From Candidatus Pacearchaeota archaeon (lineage in GTDB: Archaea; Nanobdellota; Nanobdellia; Pacearchaeales; GW2011-AR1): DNA of 64,000 bases. Positions 53,881 to 62,343 of the stretch are shown here, piece by piece (positions within the stretch are counted from its first letter, which is position 1; every line of letters starts with the position of its first letter). The stretch spans positions 192,817 to 256,816 of the forward strand of contig JBAZYP010000001.1 of the NCBI GenBank assembly GCA_041659265.1. The letters are read 5' to 3'. The translations under genes were made by a program, and so were the position numbers. Below the pieces are notes generated by a model. That model was not told where the DNA came from. It searched no databases and saw only the letters and a list, made by a program, of their open reading frames with translations.

Positions 53881-54588
53881 CTAGTTTCTATCGTCCCTTT
53901 CGATATTACCAGATGAAGTTCTTGTTCCATTTGAACCTTCTTTTTGATAGGTTATTGTTATATCTCTATCAAAATTATAATCTCTATCGCAATCAAAAGA
54001 GAATCTTTTTTTCTCATTTTTAGCTAGAGTGTCTCCAGAATCTATTTTTTCACAGTCATCAATTTCTAAATCAACTAAAGTTATTGTTTCTGATGCTTCA
54101 TTTTTAATATAAAGAGTAATTCTATCTGTGCCTACACTATAATCATAAAGGAAAAATGGACTATTCAAGTAAGCTGATTCTCTTTCATAATATTCATCAT
54201 CATATCTTCCATAATCATTTAAATCACATCTACCATTTCTATTATCATCAAGACAGCAAGAAGTACCAATTTTGATATATGGCAATTCACAATATTCAAT
54301 GTTATCTGTTTGTTTTGGAATTTCATCATTATCACAAATTCCATTATAATTAGAATCCAGACAACAAGATAAACCAAATGTTCTATAGGGAGGATAACAT
54401 ATTGGTTGCCTATTGTTATTATAATCATTTGATTTTTCAACAACAATTTTTTGTTCTTGAGGATAATTTTTATTATAATCTAATAAAGACGGTTTAACTA
54501 AAATTACTGTTAATATAACTGTAATTAAAATTAATGAGATGATTACAAGAACCACTGCAACAATTACTGATGATTGTGCTTTTTTCAT
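53881..54588 (-). CDS. Secreted/anchored Cys-rich protein with two D-x-N-x-N-G-x-C-D repeats
   Basis: An N-terminal TM helix, then 'SCCLDSNYNGICDNDE' and 'SCCLDDNRNGRCDLND', which are calcium-loop-like. Confidence 0.5.
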   Translation of the reverse strand: MKKAQSSVIVAVVLVIISLILITVILTVILVKPSLLDYNKNYPQEQKIVVEKSNDYNNNRQPICYPPYRTFGLSCCLDSNYNGICDNDEIPKQTDNIEYCELPYIKIGTSCCLDDNRNGRCDLNDYGRYDDEYYERESAYLNSPFFLYDYSVGTDRITLYIKNEASETITLVDLEIDDCEKIDSGDTLAKNEKKRFSFDCDRDYNFDRDITITYQKEGSNGTRTSSGNIERDDRN

Positions 54589-54714
54589 TCTGGTATTAAC
54601 TTTTAACCTTATTTAAAACTATTTTACTACTATTACTAGGTACTAAATCAAAGTTTAATCTTATTCATTAGATTTATAAAATTAAAATAACATTAAAAAT
54701 TTAGGAGGTGTAAA

Positions 54715-54864
54715 ATGAGTGAAGAAAATAATTCTATGGAAGAGTTGACATCAGAACTAGCTTTTATCGGAGAAAAATTAAGTGAAATATCAAAATGCTT
54801 AAAGAAGATGTCTAGTTGGACTGATGCTGATGAAGATAAATACGGCGATAAGGATGAAGAGTAA
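54715..54864 (+). CDS. 49-aa acidic protein
   Basis: Absent from the ORF track. AGGAGGTG lies 5 nt before the ATG. The sequence is MSEENNSMEELTSELAFIGEKLSEISKCLKKMSSWTDADEDKYGDKDEE. It is preferred over the antisense ORF at 54693-54929. Confidence 0.4.
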   Translation: MSEENNSMEELTSELAFIGEKLSEISKCLKKMSSWTDADEDKYGDKDEE

Positions 54865-54881
54865 TTATTATACTCTATTAT

Positions 54882-55223
54882 ATGCATTTTTATAAACCCT
54901 TTTTTCAAATTTTTTTTATGTTTTTTCAATATAATGAACCCACTTTAGAACATGCAAGAGACGTCTTAAATGATCATGAAGATAGTTTTGAACTTATTAG
55001 ATTAAAATATGAAAATTCAAAAGAATCTCTTGATTTTGATGACTTAGGTAAACTTGAATCAATTAGTTCTGATTGTATTGATATTTTATTAGCATCGGTT
55101 GTTCAAGAAGAAGTTAGTTTAAAGACCTCAATAGATGATTATAAACAAAGTGTATTTTATCAATCTAGTAGATTAAAGAGAGATGTTTCCATGTTTGCTG
55201 GAAGAAATTTAAGTTTGGTATGA
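54882..55223 (+). CDS. Hypothetical protein
   Basis: A 113-aa ORF whose true start may be internal. Confidence 0.3.
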   Translation: MHFYKPFFQIFFMFFQYNEPTLEHARDVLNDHEDSFELIRLKYENSKESLDFDDLGKLESISSDCIDILLASVVQEEVSLKTSIDDYKQSVFYQSSRLKRDVSMFAGRNLSLV

Positions 55224-55286
55224 TATTTGTACTGATAATAATTTCCATATACTAAACTTTAAAAAGATATTTTTTATAATATTGTT

Positions 55287-56042
55287 ATGAAAAAGATATT
55301 TTTATTATTAATGATTATTTTTGCTTTACCAATGGTTATTTCTTGGGATGATTGTTCAACTGGAATTACAAATTGTTCCTACCCCGGAATATGCGGATCT
55401 TACACTGATTCAAATAAGGATAGTATATGTGATCATTCTCAGGAAGAACCTCAATTAACTAGAGAAGAATTAGATGATTTAATAACTGGAAATGATTTAA
55501 AAGAAAAGACTGTAAAAGAAGTTGCTAATATCTATAAAATAGATCCTAATATTTTTTCTAATGAATTATCGAATTATTTAGATAAAAAAATTGAACCAGA
55601 TAATACTTTTCAGTTACTTCATGATAATTATGGTCTTGAACCAACTATAGCTAAAGAAATAGCTATAAATCTCTCTTATGGGGATAAAATATTTATTGAA
55701 GAAGTTGCTACTAGTTCAGAAAAAGATTATTATCTTTTAAAAATTTCTATAGTAACGATTCTTATTTATTTATTTAGCTGGGTTTTAGCTAAGAAAAATA
55801 TTATTTCAATGATAAAACATAAAAAAATTTGGAATATGTTTTTACTTGTTAGTTTTTTAATTTCTGGAATTCTTGGAATATTACTTGTTATTAGGATTGA
55901 ATGGGGAATTACTTTTGGAAGTATTCCTTTTAATATGCTTTTTTGGCATGTAGAAGCTGGAATTGTTATGTCGATTATATCAATTTTTCATATTTTGTGG
56001 CATATAAGTTATTTTAAGTCTTATTTAAGGAAGTTAAAATAA
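55287..56042 (+). CDS. Membrane protein with Cys-rich N-terminal region and His-containing TM bundle (DUF4405-like)
   Basis: 'CSTGITNCSYPGICGSYTDSNKDSICDHS' and, later, 'WHVEAGIVMSIISIFHILWHISYF'. Confidence 0.4.
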   Translation: MKKIFLLLMIIFALPMVISWDDCSTGITNCSYPGICGSYTDSNKDSICDHSQEEPQLTREELDDLITGNDLKEKTVKEVANIYKIDPNIFSNELSNYLDKKIEPDNTFQLLHDNYGLEPTIAKEIAINLSYGDKIFIEEVATSSEKDYYLLKISIVTILIYLFSWVLAKKNIISMIKHKKIWNMFLLVSFLISGILGILLVIRIEWGITFGSIPFNMLFWHVEAGIVMSIISIFHILWHISYFKSYLRKLK

Positions 56043-56100
56043 ATATTGCTCTTTTTTTTAATCGATTAGATTTATATACTATCTAAGTTAATTTTAAATT

Positions 56101-56589
56101 ATGAAAGATGAAATGGGTAATCTGGAAAAATTGAAATTAGAATATTCTAAATTTGAGAAAAAATATCCTCTTCCTAATTTTAATAAATTAAATGAATTTT
56201 TTGATGTAGAAGAAATTGAAGTTGAATCTGATTTTTTACTTAGAAAAATAAGAAGATTAATTTCAGAAAGAGTAACTGGATATGCTCGTTTTGTTGATAT
56301 AATTTTAAATCCAAGCAATGCTCCCATGTTCTTTTTTAAATTAATAAAAAAATTAGATAATAAAGATAAAGAATCATTATCAGAAGTTTATGAGATTCTT
56401 GGTAAACTTGAAGTTGAGATATTAACTCTTGATTTAGAATATTCTGAAAAAAATGAAGCTGAATTTATTATTAAATGTACTAATTTATTTGAAAATAATG
56501 TTAAAAATAAATTTTTAGAGATTGTAAAAAAGATGAATGGAATAGAAAATAATTCTAAAAAAGAGAATGGTGCAAGTTATTTTGGATAG
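56101..56589 (+). CDS. Hypothetical protein
   Basis: A 162-aa helical, charged ORF. It is preferred over the antisense ORF at 56094-56327. Confidence 0.4.
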   Translation: MKDEMGNLEKLKLEYSKFEKKYPLPNFNKLNEFFDVEEIEVESDFLLRKIRRLISERVTGYARFVDIILNPSNAPMFFFKLIKKLDNKDKESLSEVYEILGKLEVEILTLDLEYSEKNEAEFIIKCTNLFENNVKNKFLEIVKKMNGIENNSKKENGASYFG

Positions 56590-56596
56590 GGATTAA

Positions 56597-56851
56597 TTAT
56601 TTTTTATATTTTATAGATTGTATTAATAATATTAACCATAAAGTACCGTTTAAAAAAGAGATTATTCCTGAGAATTTTAGATTTAAAGTAAAGAAACATA
56701 TGGACATGATATATAATCCAATTGTTGTTAATAAAGATGTTTGAATGGTTAGATTGGCTTTTTTCTTTAAATATCCATAAATAACTTGGTATCCTAAAGA
56801 GTAGCTAAAAAGAATATTGCATAATGCAATTATTAGATCTTGCCACATCAT
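56597..56851 (-). CDS. 84-aa three-TM membrane protein (PQ-loop/SemiSWEET-like?)
   Basis: Three helices with 'LGYQVIYGYLKKK' after TM1. Its start overlaps the pheT stop by 1 nt. Confidence 0.35.
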   Translation of the reverse strand: MMWQDLIIALCNILFSYSLGYQVIYGYLKKKANLTIQTSLLTTIGLYIMSICFFTLNLKFSGIISFLNGTLWLILLIQSIKYKK

Positions 56852-58506
56852 TATCTTAATGCCTCTAAATCAATTTCTAGCAATGCTACAGGCATTTTTA
56901 TCTTATTATTCTTAAGGATGAATGGAGCAATTTCTCCCATTATTCCAATCACTTTGCCTTTTATAAGTATTTTAGCGCATCTACCTAAAATAAATGATGG
57001 ATTTTCACATTCTTCAATTTCATATTTTTTATCAAGCATTCTAGTTAAATAATCGATTATTTGTTTAATATCTGTGAAATTAGATTTTTCATGACAAATA
57101 GAAATACATAGTGATTCTCTTTCAGCAATTCCTGTTTCCATATCTTCATCAGAATAAAAAACTTTTCCAATTTCGAAAATCTTTTGAGGGTAAGTAGCAT
57201 CTGTATTTTCTCCTAAAATTTGAATTATTTGAGCAAGAAGAGAGGATCTTAATATATTATTTTCAGTTTTTGAATTCTCAATTTCAATTATATCTTGATT
57301 TTTATAATCTTTAATTCCAATTCTTTTAAATTGTTTTTCTTTTGTTGAAAGGTGGTAGGTTGAAATCTCTTGATAGTTTAGACCAATTAGAATTTCTGAA
57401 ATTTTTCTTTTTAGGATTGAGATAGGGTCTTCTTCACCTATTGTTGATATTTTTGGTATTTCTGAAATAAAATTTTCATATCCATAACTTATAGCTATTT
57501 CTTCAGCTAAATCAACTTCATGAAGGATATCTGTTCTGTAAGAAGGAATTAATGCATAGGAAATTTCTTTTTCTTTTATATAACCAATCCCCATTTTTTC
57601 AAGATTTTTTATTATATCTTTTTCAGATAGTTCAAGACCAAGTATTTTATTCATATTTTGCAATGAAAATTCCATTTTTTCATTTTCAAGATTTGGAGAC
57701 AAGAATTTTTCTTTATCCTGGATTTCCATTGCATAAATTTTCCCCCCTATTTCTGATAATGAAGTTACTATCATATTGAGTGTTTTTTTTAGGTATTCTT
57801 GATTGAAACCAGAACATTCTATAAAAACTTCTTTTGTTGATTCAGTTATTTTTCCAGTTCTATCTGAATTAATTATTGGGGGCATTGATAAAATCTCTCC
57901 AGCACTGTCTTCAAAAATTGGAAACATTTCTTGGTCTTTTAATAATGAAGCGTATTCTCTTCCTGTTGGATGTTGAGATAATATTTGCCTGCCTGTAATC
58001 TCTTTTGGAAAATCTAAAGGTTGGAATCTAATTTCTTCAGGTTTTTTAGCTAAAAATTTTATAGGTAGTGTTATTTGTTCTAGAGGATAGATTCCTATTG
58101 CTAATTTTTTTCTAGATCTTCCATAACTTCCATGAAGTTTTTCTTGAAGATCAATAATTTCTTTAATTCTTTCATCGTTTAATTTAAGATTTTTTACAAT
58201 CGCACATACTGTAAATGGCCTAACTTTTTTTACAGATTTATCTATTATAACTTTATAATCTTTTTCTGGTTTTTCAACTTCATATTTTTTTAAACCGGAT
58301 TTTTTTCCTGTAAAAGAATTAAATGCTCTAACAAAACCGGACATTGATAATAAATCGGGCCTATTAGCAGTAACATCTACAGACAATGATTCGTTATTTA
58401 CTTCTTCAACAGGAGTACCCATCATAGTAATTTTATTCTCAGTATCTTCATTGATTTTTCCAATATATTTTTCAAGTTCTTTTTTGTTTAAAGTTAGAAT
58501 GGTCAT
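56851..58506 (-). CDS. pheT: Phenylalanyl-tRNA synthetase beta subunit (archaeal type)
   Basis: 'MTILTLNKKELEKYIG....VDVTANRPDLLSMSGFVRAF'. The 551-aa length and the B3/B4-B5 layout fit. Confidence 0.85.
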   Translation of the reverse strand: MTILTLNKKELEKYIGKINEDTENKITMMGTPVEEVNNESLSVDVTANRPDLLSMSGFVRAFNSFTGKKSGLKKYEVEKPEKDYKVIIDKSVKKVRPFTVCAIVKNLKLNDERIKEIIDLQEKLHGSYGRSRKKLAIGIYPLEQITLPIKFLAKKPEEIRFQPLDFPKEITGRQILSQHPTGREYASLLKDQEMFPIFEDSAGEILSMPPIINSDRTGKITESTKEVFIECSGFNQEYLKKTLNMIVTSLSEIGGKIYAMEIQDKEKFLSPNLENEKMEFSLQNMNKILGLELSEKDIIKNLEKMGIGYIKEKEISYALIPSYRTDILHEVDLAEEIAISYGYENFISEIPKISTIGEEDPISILKRKISEILIGLNYQEISTYHLSTKEKQFKRIGIKDYKNQDIIEIENSKTENNILRSSLLAQIIQILGENTDATYPQKIFEIGKVFYSDEDMETGIAERESLCISICHEKSNFTDIKQIIDYLTRMLDKKYEIEECENPSFILGRCAKILIKGKVIGIMGEIAPFILKNNKIKMPVALLEIDLEALR

Positions 58507-58811
58507 TTTACATAGACTCCTTGCATTTTTTTATAATCATTTTTAATTTTTTCAGTAAAACATTTTTCTATATCAATTTTTTGAGAATTTGCTATAGCAA
58601 GTATTGTAAATAAAACATCTGATAATTCTTCTTCTATTTCTCTACCATCGCTTTTTGATTTGGATTTTTTACCACCGAATTTAATATTCATTGCACGTGA
58701 CAATTCTCCTACTTCTTCAACTAATCTAGCTAGCATTGATAATGGTTCCCAGTAATCGCCATAATGCAAAATTAATTTTTCAACATCTTCTTGAGCGGTT
58801 TTAATTTCCAT
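58503..58811 (-). CDS. MazG-like nucleotide pyrophosphohydrolase
   Basis: 'LVEEVGELSRA' and 'EELSDVLFTILAIAN' give the EExxE/ExxD helix pair. Confidence 0.7.
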   Translation of the reverse strand: MEIKTAQEDVEKLILHYGDYWEPLSMLARLVEEVGELSRAMNIKFGGKKSKSKSDGREIEEELSDVLFTILAIANSQKIDIEKCFTEKIKNDYKKMQGVYVK

Positions 58812-58812
58812 A

Positions 58813-60348
58813 TTATTTATTCCAGATTTTCATTTCTCTTAATTTATTTAGATCGCAACCATAAATATCCCTAAAATCTTTTATATTGAAAAATTCCATT
58901 AATATTCTATCAAAACCAGGCCCCCATGCAAGAACTGGAATATGTTTACCAAAGAAGGGAATTGTAACTTCTGGTCTAAACATTCCTGCGCCACCTAGTT
59001 CAACCCATTTATTAAAGATAGGATGAAATACATCTATTTCCACACTCGGTTCGGTATAAGGGAAATAACTGGGTCTTATACGGATATTTTCATAACCCAT
59101 TTTTTTAAAGAATTCTTTTAGATATCCTAATAATTGCCTGAAATTTGCATTTTCATCAATAACAATTCCTTCTGTTTGATTGAATTCAAAACCATGAGTT
59201 ACATCTACTGTTTCATTTCTAAAACATTTTCCAATTGCAAAATATTTTGCAGGATATTCTTTATTATCTGCAATTTTTTTTAAGGTTTGAGCTGAAATAC
59301 ATGTGGTATGGGTTCTTAACAAGACTTTTTTTGCATCTTCTTCTTTCCATTCATATTGCCAGCCTTTAGAACCTTTAATTTTACCTTCATGGGATTTTTT
59401 TATTTCTTCAATAAGTTTTTTATTTAGTAGTTTTGCTTTTTTATTTGCAATAAAGAATGTGTCTTGCATTTCTCTTACTGGATGATCTTGAGCTGTAAAA
59501 AGAGAATCAAAATTCCATAAACCTGAGACAGTCATATTACCTGTCATTTCTTTAAAACCCATCTCTAACCAAGTTTTTTTTGCATAATCTGTAGCTTGAT
59601 TTACAAAATGCCTTTTACCACCATATATTTTTGGAACCGGGCTTGATATGTCGTATCTTCTGAATTTTTTTCCATGCCAGCCCTCTCCTTTAATTAATGC
59701 AGGAGTAACTGATTCTATCATATCTTTAGAATATGAAAAATCATGTTTGAAAACTCTTTCTCCAGTTTTAGTAAGATTAAATTCTATTATTGAAATATCT
59801 CTTATATTTATTATTTCTTTTCTTAATTTTAGATTTTCAAGAGAATATTTTTCTTCTGGAGCAAGATCAACTAAGTTTCTTGGAAGGGTTTCGAGGAATT
59901 TTTCTTCTAATGTTTTTTTTGTTAATTCTTCTTTTTTACCTGAAAGAATTATATTTCCATTAATTAGATTTATCAAAGCTTTTCTTTTTAGGGCGCCTAA
60001 AGCTGCTTTAAATTCATTTTCATTTAATTTTGAAATATCTTTAGCTTCTTTTAATGAAACTGAATTTTTTAATGCAACTATATTAGATAATCTTCTTTCT
60101 GGAAGACCTTGTTTTAGGTATAAAAGACCATTAATCCCTATGTCTATTATTTGTTCTTTATGAAGGGTCATAGTAATAATATCTTTATTTGAAAGGAATT
60201 CTAAAGCTCTCACAATAGATGTTTTATCAAGGTCAGTTTCATTACCAAGACAATCTAGATCCTTGCATTTTTTTAAATGCGGGATAAGTTTTACTTCATT
60301 AGGACTTAATGATTCTATTAATTTTTGAAGATTTTCATCCTTTTCCAT
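58813..60348 (-). CDS. pheS: Phenylalanyl-tRNA synthetase alpha subunit (archaeal type)
   Basis: Class II motifs 'HPVREMQDTFF', 'LRTHTT', 'FRNE' and 'GAGMFRPEV...AWGPGFDRI'. Confidence 0.85.
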   Translation of the reverse strand: MEKDENLQKLIESLSPNEVKLIPHLKKCKDLDCLGNETDLDKTSIVRALEFLSNKDIITMTLHKEQIIDIGINGLLYLKQGLPERRLSNIVALKNSVSLKEAKDISKLNENEFKAALGALKRKALINLINGNIILSGKKEELTKKTLEEKFLETLPRNLVDLAPEEKYSLENLKLRKEIINIRDISIIEFNLTKTGERVFKHDFSYSKDMIESVTPALIKGEGWHGKKFRRYDISSPVPKIYGGKRHFVNQATDYAKKTWLEMGFKEMTGNMTVSGLWNFDSLFTAQDHPVREMQDTFFIANKKAKLLNKKLIEEIKKSHEGKIKGSKGWQYEWKEEDAKKVLLRTHTTCISAQTLKKIADNKEYPAKYFAIGKCFRNETVDVTHGFEFNQTEGIVIDENANFRQLLGYLKEFFKKMGYENIRIRPSYFPYTEPSVEIDVFHPIFNKWVELGGAGMFRPEVTIPFFGKHIPVLAWGPGFDRILMEFFNIKDFRDIYGCDLNKLREMKIWNK

Positions 60349-60388
60349 AGTAACACTATTAAATTATGTTTTATAAATTTAGTCATAT

Positions 60389-60847
60389 CTAAAAATTTTT
60401 ATCAAAAGTTGAATTTTTTGATTGTTCAGTTGAACTTTTGAGAGTTATAAACAATGCAGATATTTCTTTAGATGAGTTTTTGTCTTTTGAATATGCTTTT
60501 ATAACTGCTTTTGATTTTTTGCATAATTCAATATTTTGCATTATTCTTGCTAATATTTTTGCTTTTTCTTTTTTTTGTAAGGTTTTTAGATTGTCTATAT
60601 CTATTACAATTTCAATATTGTTTTTTTTTGCTAATTTGCAAAGATATTCATTTAACCCTGAATCTCTTTGTTTAAATCCGTCTTTTCTATCGTGAAATTC
60701 AGGTGAAAATAAAACATTTACATCTTTATTTTCTAATACTTTCCTATTAAAATCTTCATCTTGTGCTTTAACTATTACCTCTTTTCCTTCTTTTTTATTT
60801 TTTTCAATTTGTTTTCTTAAATCATTTAAATTTGTTGTATTAATCAT
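60389..60847 (-). CDS. RNase P protein component 3 (Rpp30-like), short form
   Basis: 'VNVLFSPE....GLNEYLCKLAKKNNIEIVIDI...' and 'AVIKAYSKD' follow the p30 TIM-barrel pattern. The call is from memory only. Confidence 0.45.
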   Translation of the reverse strand: MINTTNLNDLRKQIEKNKKEGKEVIVKAQDEDFNRKVLENKDVNVLFSPEFHDRKDGFKQRDSGLNEYLCKLAKKNNIEIVIDIDNLKTLQKKEKAKILARIMQNIELCKKSKAVIKAYSKDKNSSKEISALFITLKSSTEQSKNSTFDKNF

Positions 60848-61536
60848 GTGCCTATAATTGTTCCCTCAAAATGTTTTTCATTTAAAAGGTTATCTAAATT
60901 GTTAGCATTTGAACTGATTATACATGTCTTTATTTGATTCTTTTTTATTATTTTTGCAGCTTTAATATCTAAAACAAAATGTTGTCCTAATTCAAATTTC
61001 TTTTTTTTAATTAAATCTAAAAATTTTTCATAAGAAATCTCGTGTATGAATTTTGCATTCTTAAATTTTTTTGGATCTTTATCATATAATCCTTTTACAT
61101 CGGTTATGTTGATGAAGGTAGTTTTAAAATGATTTGCAAGTCTTGCTGCTACTGCATCAGAGGTTTCATTTTTTGTATATCTTAAGGCTCCACAAAAGAT
61201 TATATTATGGATTTTAAGAAGATTTTCTATATCTTTCATATCGTTTGGAATTCCCTTATTTGACTCTTTCCCAAAGAAATATGTCATAAATCTTGAATTA
61301 AATCTGGTTGAAGCTATACCTAGAAGAGATTGAAGATATTTTTTCTTTTTTATTTGTTGATTTTCTAATCCATTAATATAAACTCTAGCAGTTTTTCCTC
61401 CGCCGCAAACAATAACAAACTTATATTTATTAACATTTTTTTTAATAATTTTTTTAAATTCTTCTAAGTTTTTTTCATTTATTTTATCAGGTACTATTAC
61501 ACTTCCACCAAGACTAATTACTATCACCTTTTTCAT
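60844..61536 (-). CDS. pyrH: Amino-acid-kinase-fold UMP kinase (archaeal PyrH-like)
   Basis: 'VIVISLGGSVI', 'VIVCGGGKTARVYI', 'SDAVAARLA', 'DVKGLYDKDP'. Confidence 0.65.
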   Translation of the reverse strand: MKKVIVISLGGSVIVPDKINEKNLEEFKKIIKKNVNKYKFVIVCGGGKTARVYINGLENQQIKKKKYLQSLLGIASTRFNSRFMTYFFGKESNKGIPNDMKDIENLLKIHNIIFCGALRYTKNETSDAVAARLANHFKTTFINITDVKGLYDKDPKKFKNAKFIHEISYEKFLDLIKKKKFELGQHFVLDIKAAKIIKKNQIKTCIISSNANNLDNLLNEKHFEGTIIGT

Positions 61537-61577
61537 ATTTATAATTATTCAAATCTTTATATAAATCTTATTAAATT

Positions 61578-61681
61578 AATGGCTTTGTTAGAGAAGTTCA
61601 ATGAGCTTTAAACAAGAAAGCTACTATTAATATTTAATAAGATTAATTAAAAAAAATCAGGTTTAATCTTTGAGAAGAGCC
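61578..61681 (+). repeat. Copy E4 (short form) of the structured intergenic element family
   Basis: GGCTTTGTTAGAGAAGTTCAATGAGCTTTAAACAAGAAAGC...CTTTGAGAAGAGCC. The first ~40 nt align closely with E3. TAAATT flanks both ends (61572-61577 and 61682-61687). Confidence 0.6.
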
Positions 61682-61831
61682 TAAATTTATAGATAAAATA
61701 AAAATGGCATATTGATAATTAGCTAGATTTTATGTATGGATAAGATGAAGATAGACTTTTATTTTTTTAGTGAATTAATTTAGAAATAATTTTTTTAATT
61801 ATAATTGGAAGGTTCATTAAAGTGATGAAAT

Positions 61832-62119
61832 TTACACTGTAAAAAGATTATTATCAACAACATCAAATATTTTTAGTCTTGCTCCTGCATCTATCCAGCC
61901 ATGAGCATAATTAAGACATGCAAATGCATTTACATAATCTAATTTAGATTCGAAATGAATTGAATCTGCAAGATAACAATCAACCATCATTGTAATTTCT
62001 CTAGCTTCAATTTCTTTTCCTTTAGTTATTGATTTTTTTGCAATTTCTAGAGCTTTAAGAGATAATTTTCTATATTTTTCTATTTTTTCTTTTGTAACTT
62101 TATCTAAATTTTTATCCAT
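61832..62119 (-). CDS. DUF357-like small protein
   Basis: 'CYLADSIHFESKLDYVNAFACLNYAHGWIDAGARL'. The call is from memory only. Confidence 0.45.
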   Translation of the reverse strand: MDKNLDKVTKEKIEKYRKLSLKALEIAKKSITKGKEIEAREITMMVDCYLADSIHFESKLDYVNAFACLNYAHGWIDAGARLKIFDVVDNNLFTV

Positions 62120-62343
62120 AAATTAATAATTAATAAGAATTATTTAAAACTTTGTTTAAAAAAATTGAATTAAGATTTAATTAAAAAAATAGTTTTTAAA
62201 CATATCCTATCAAAAGGAAGGTTTTGGAATATGTTTTTAATATATACCCTTTAAATCACCAAAATCATTTAAATAACCAGAATTCACTAAATTTTATTAA
62301 AAAGGGGAAAAGGGAGGAGTCTAACTTCTCCCTCCTTTATATT

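Noticed and set aside
54693-54929. Minus-strand 78-aa ORF.
   Set aside because: The opposite strand carries a 49-aa ORF (54715-54864) with an AGGAGGTG ribosome-binding-like site at ideal spacing. The minus-strand product is low-complexity S/L/I sequence.
59648-60163. Plus-strand 171-aa ORF. Similar cases are 59303-59485, 57552-57779, 60438-60695, 56840-57052 and 62866-63054.
   Set aside because: All are antisense to motif-supported genes (pheS, pheT, the Rpp30-like gene and the Q/P-rich gene). None has a recognisable motif.
62307-62343. GC-rich imperfect hairpin (GGGAGGAG...CTCCCTCC) plus T-rich tract, as a confident terminator of the 62344-63699 gene.
   Set aside because: The stem needs a bulge and a mismatch, and archaeal termination does not require hairpins. 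It is noted but not annotated as a feature.
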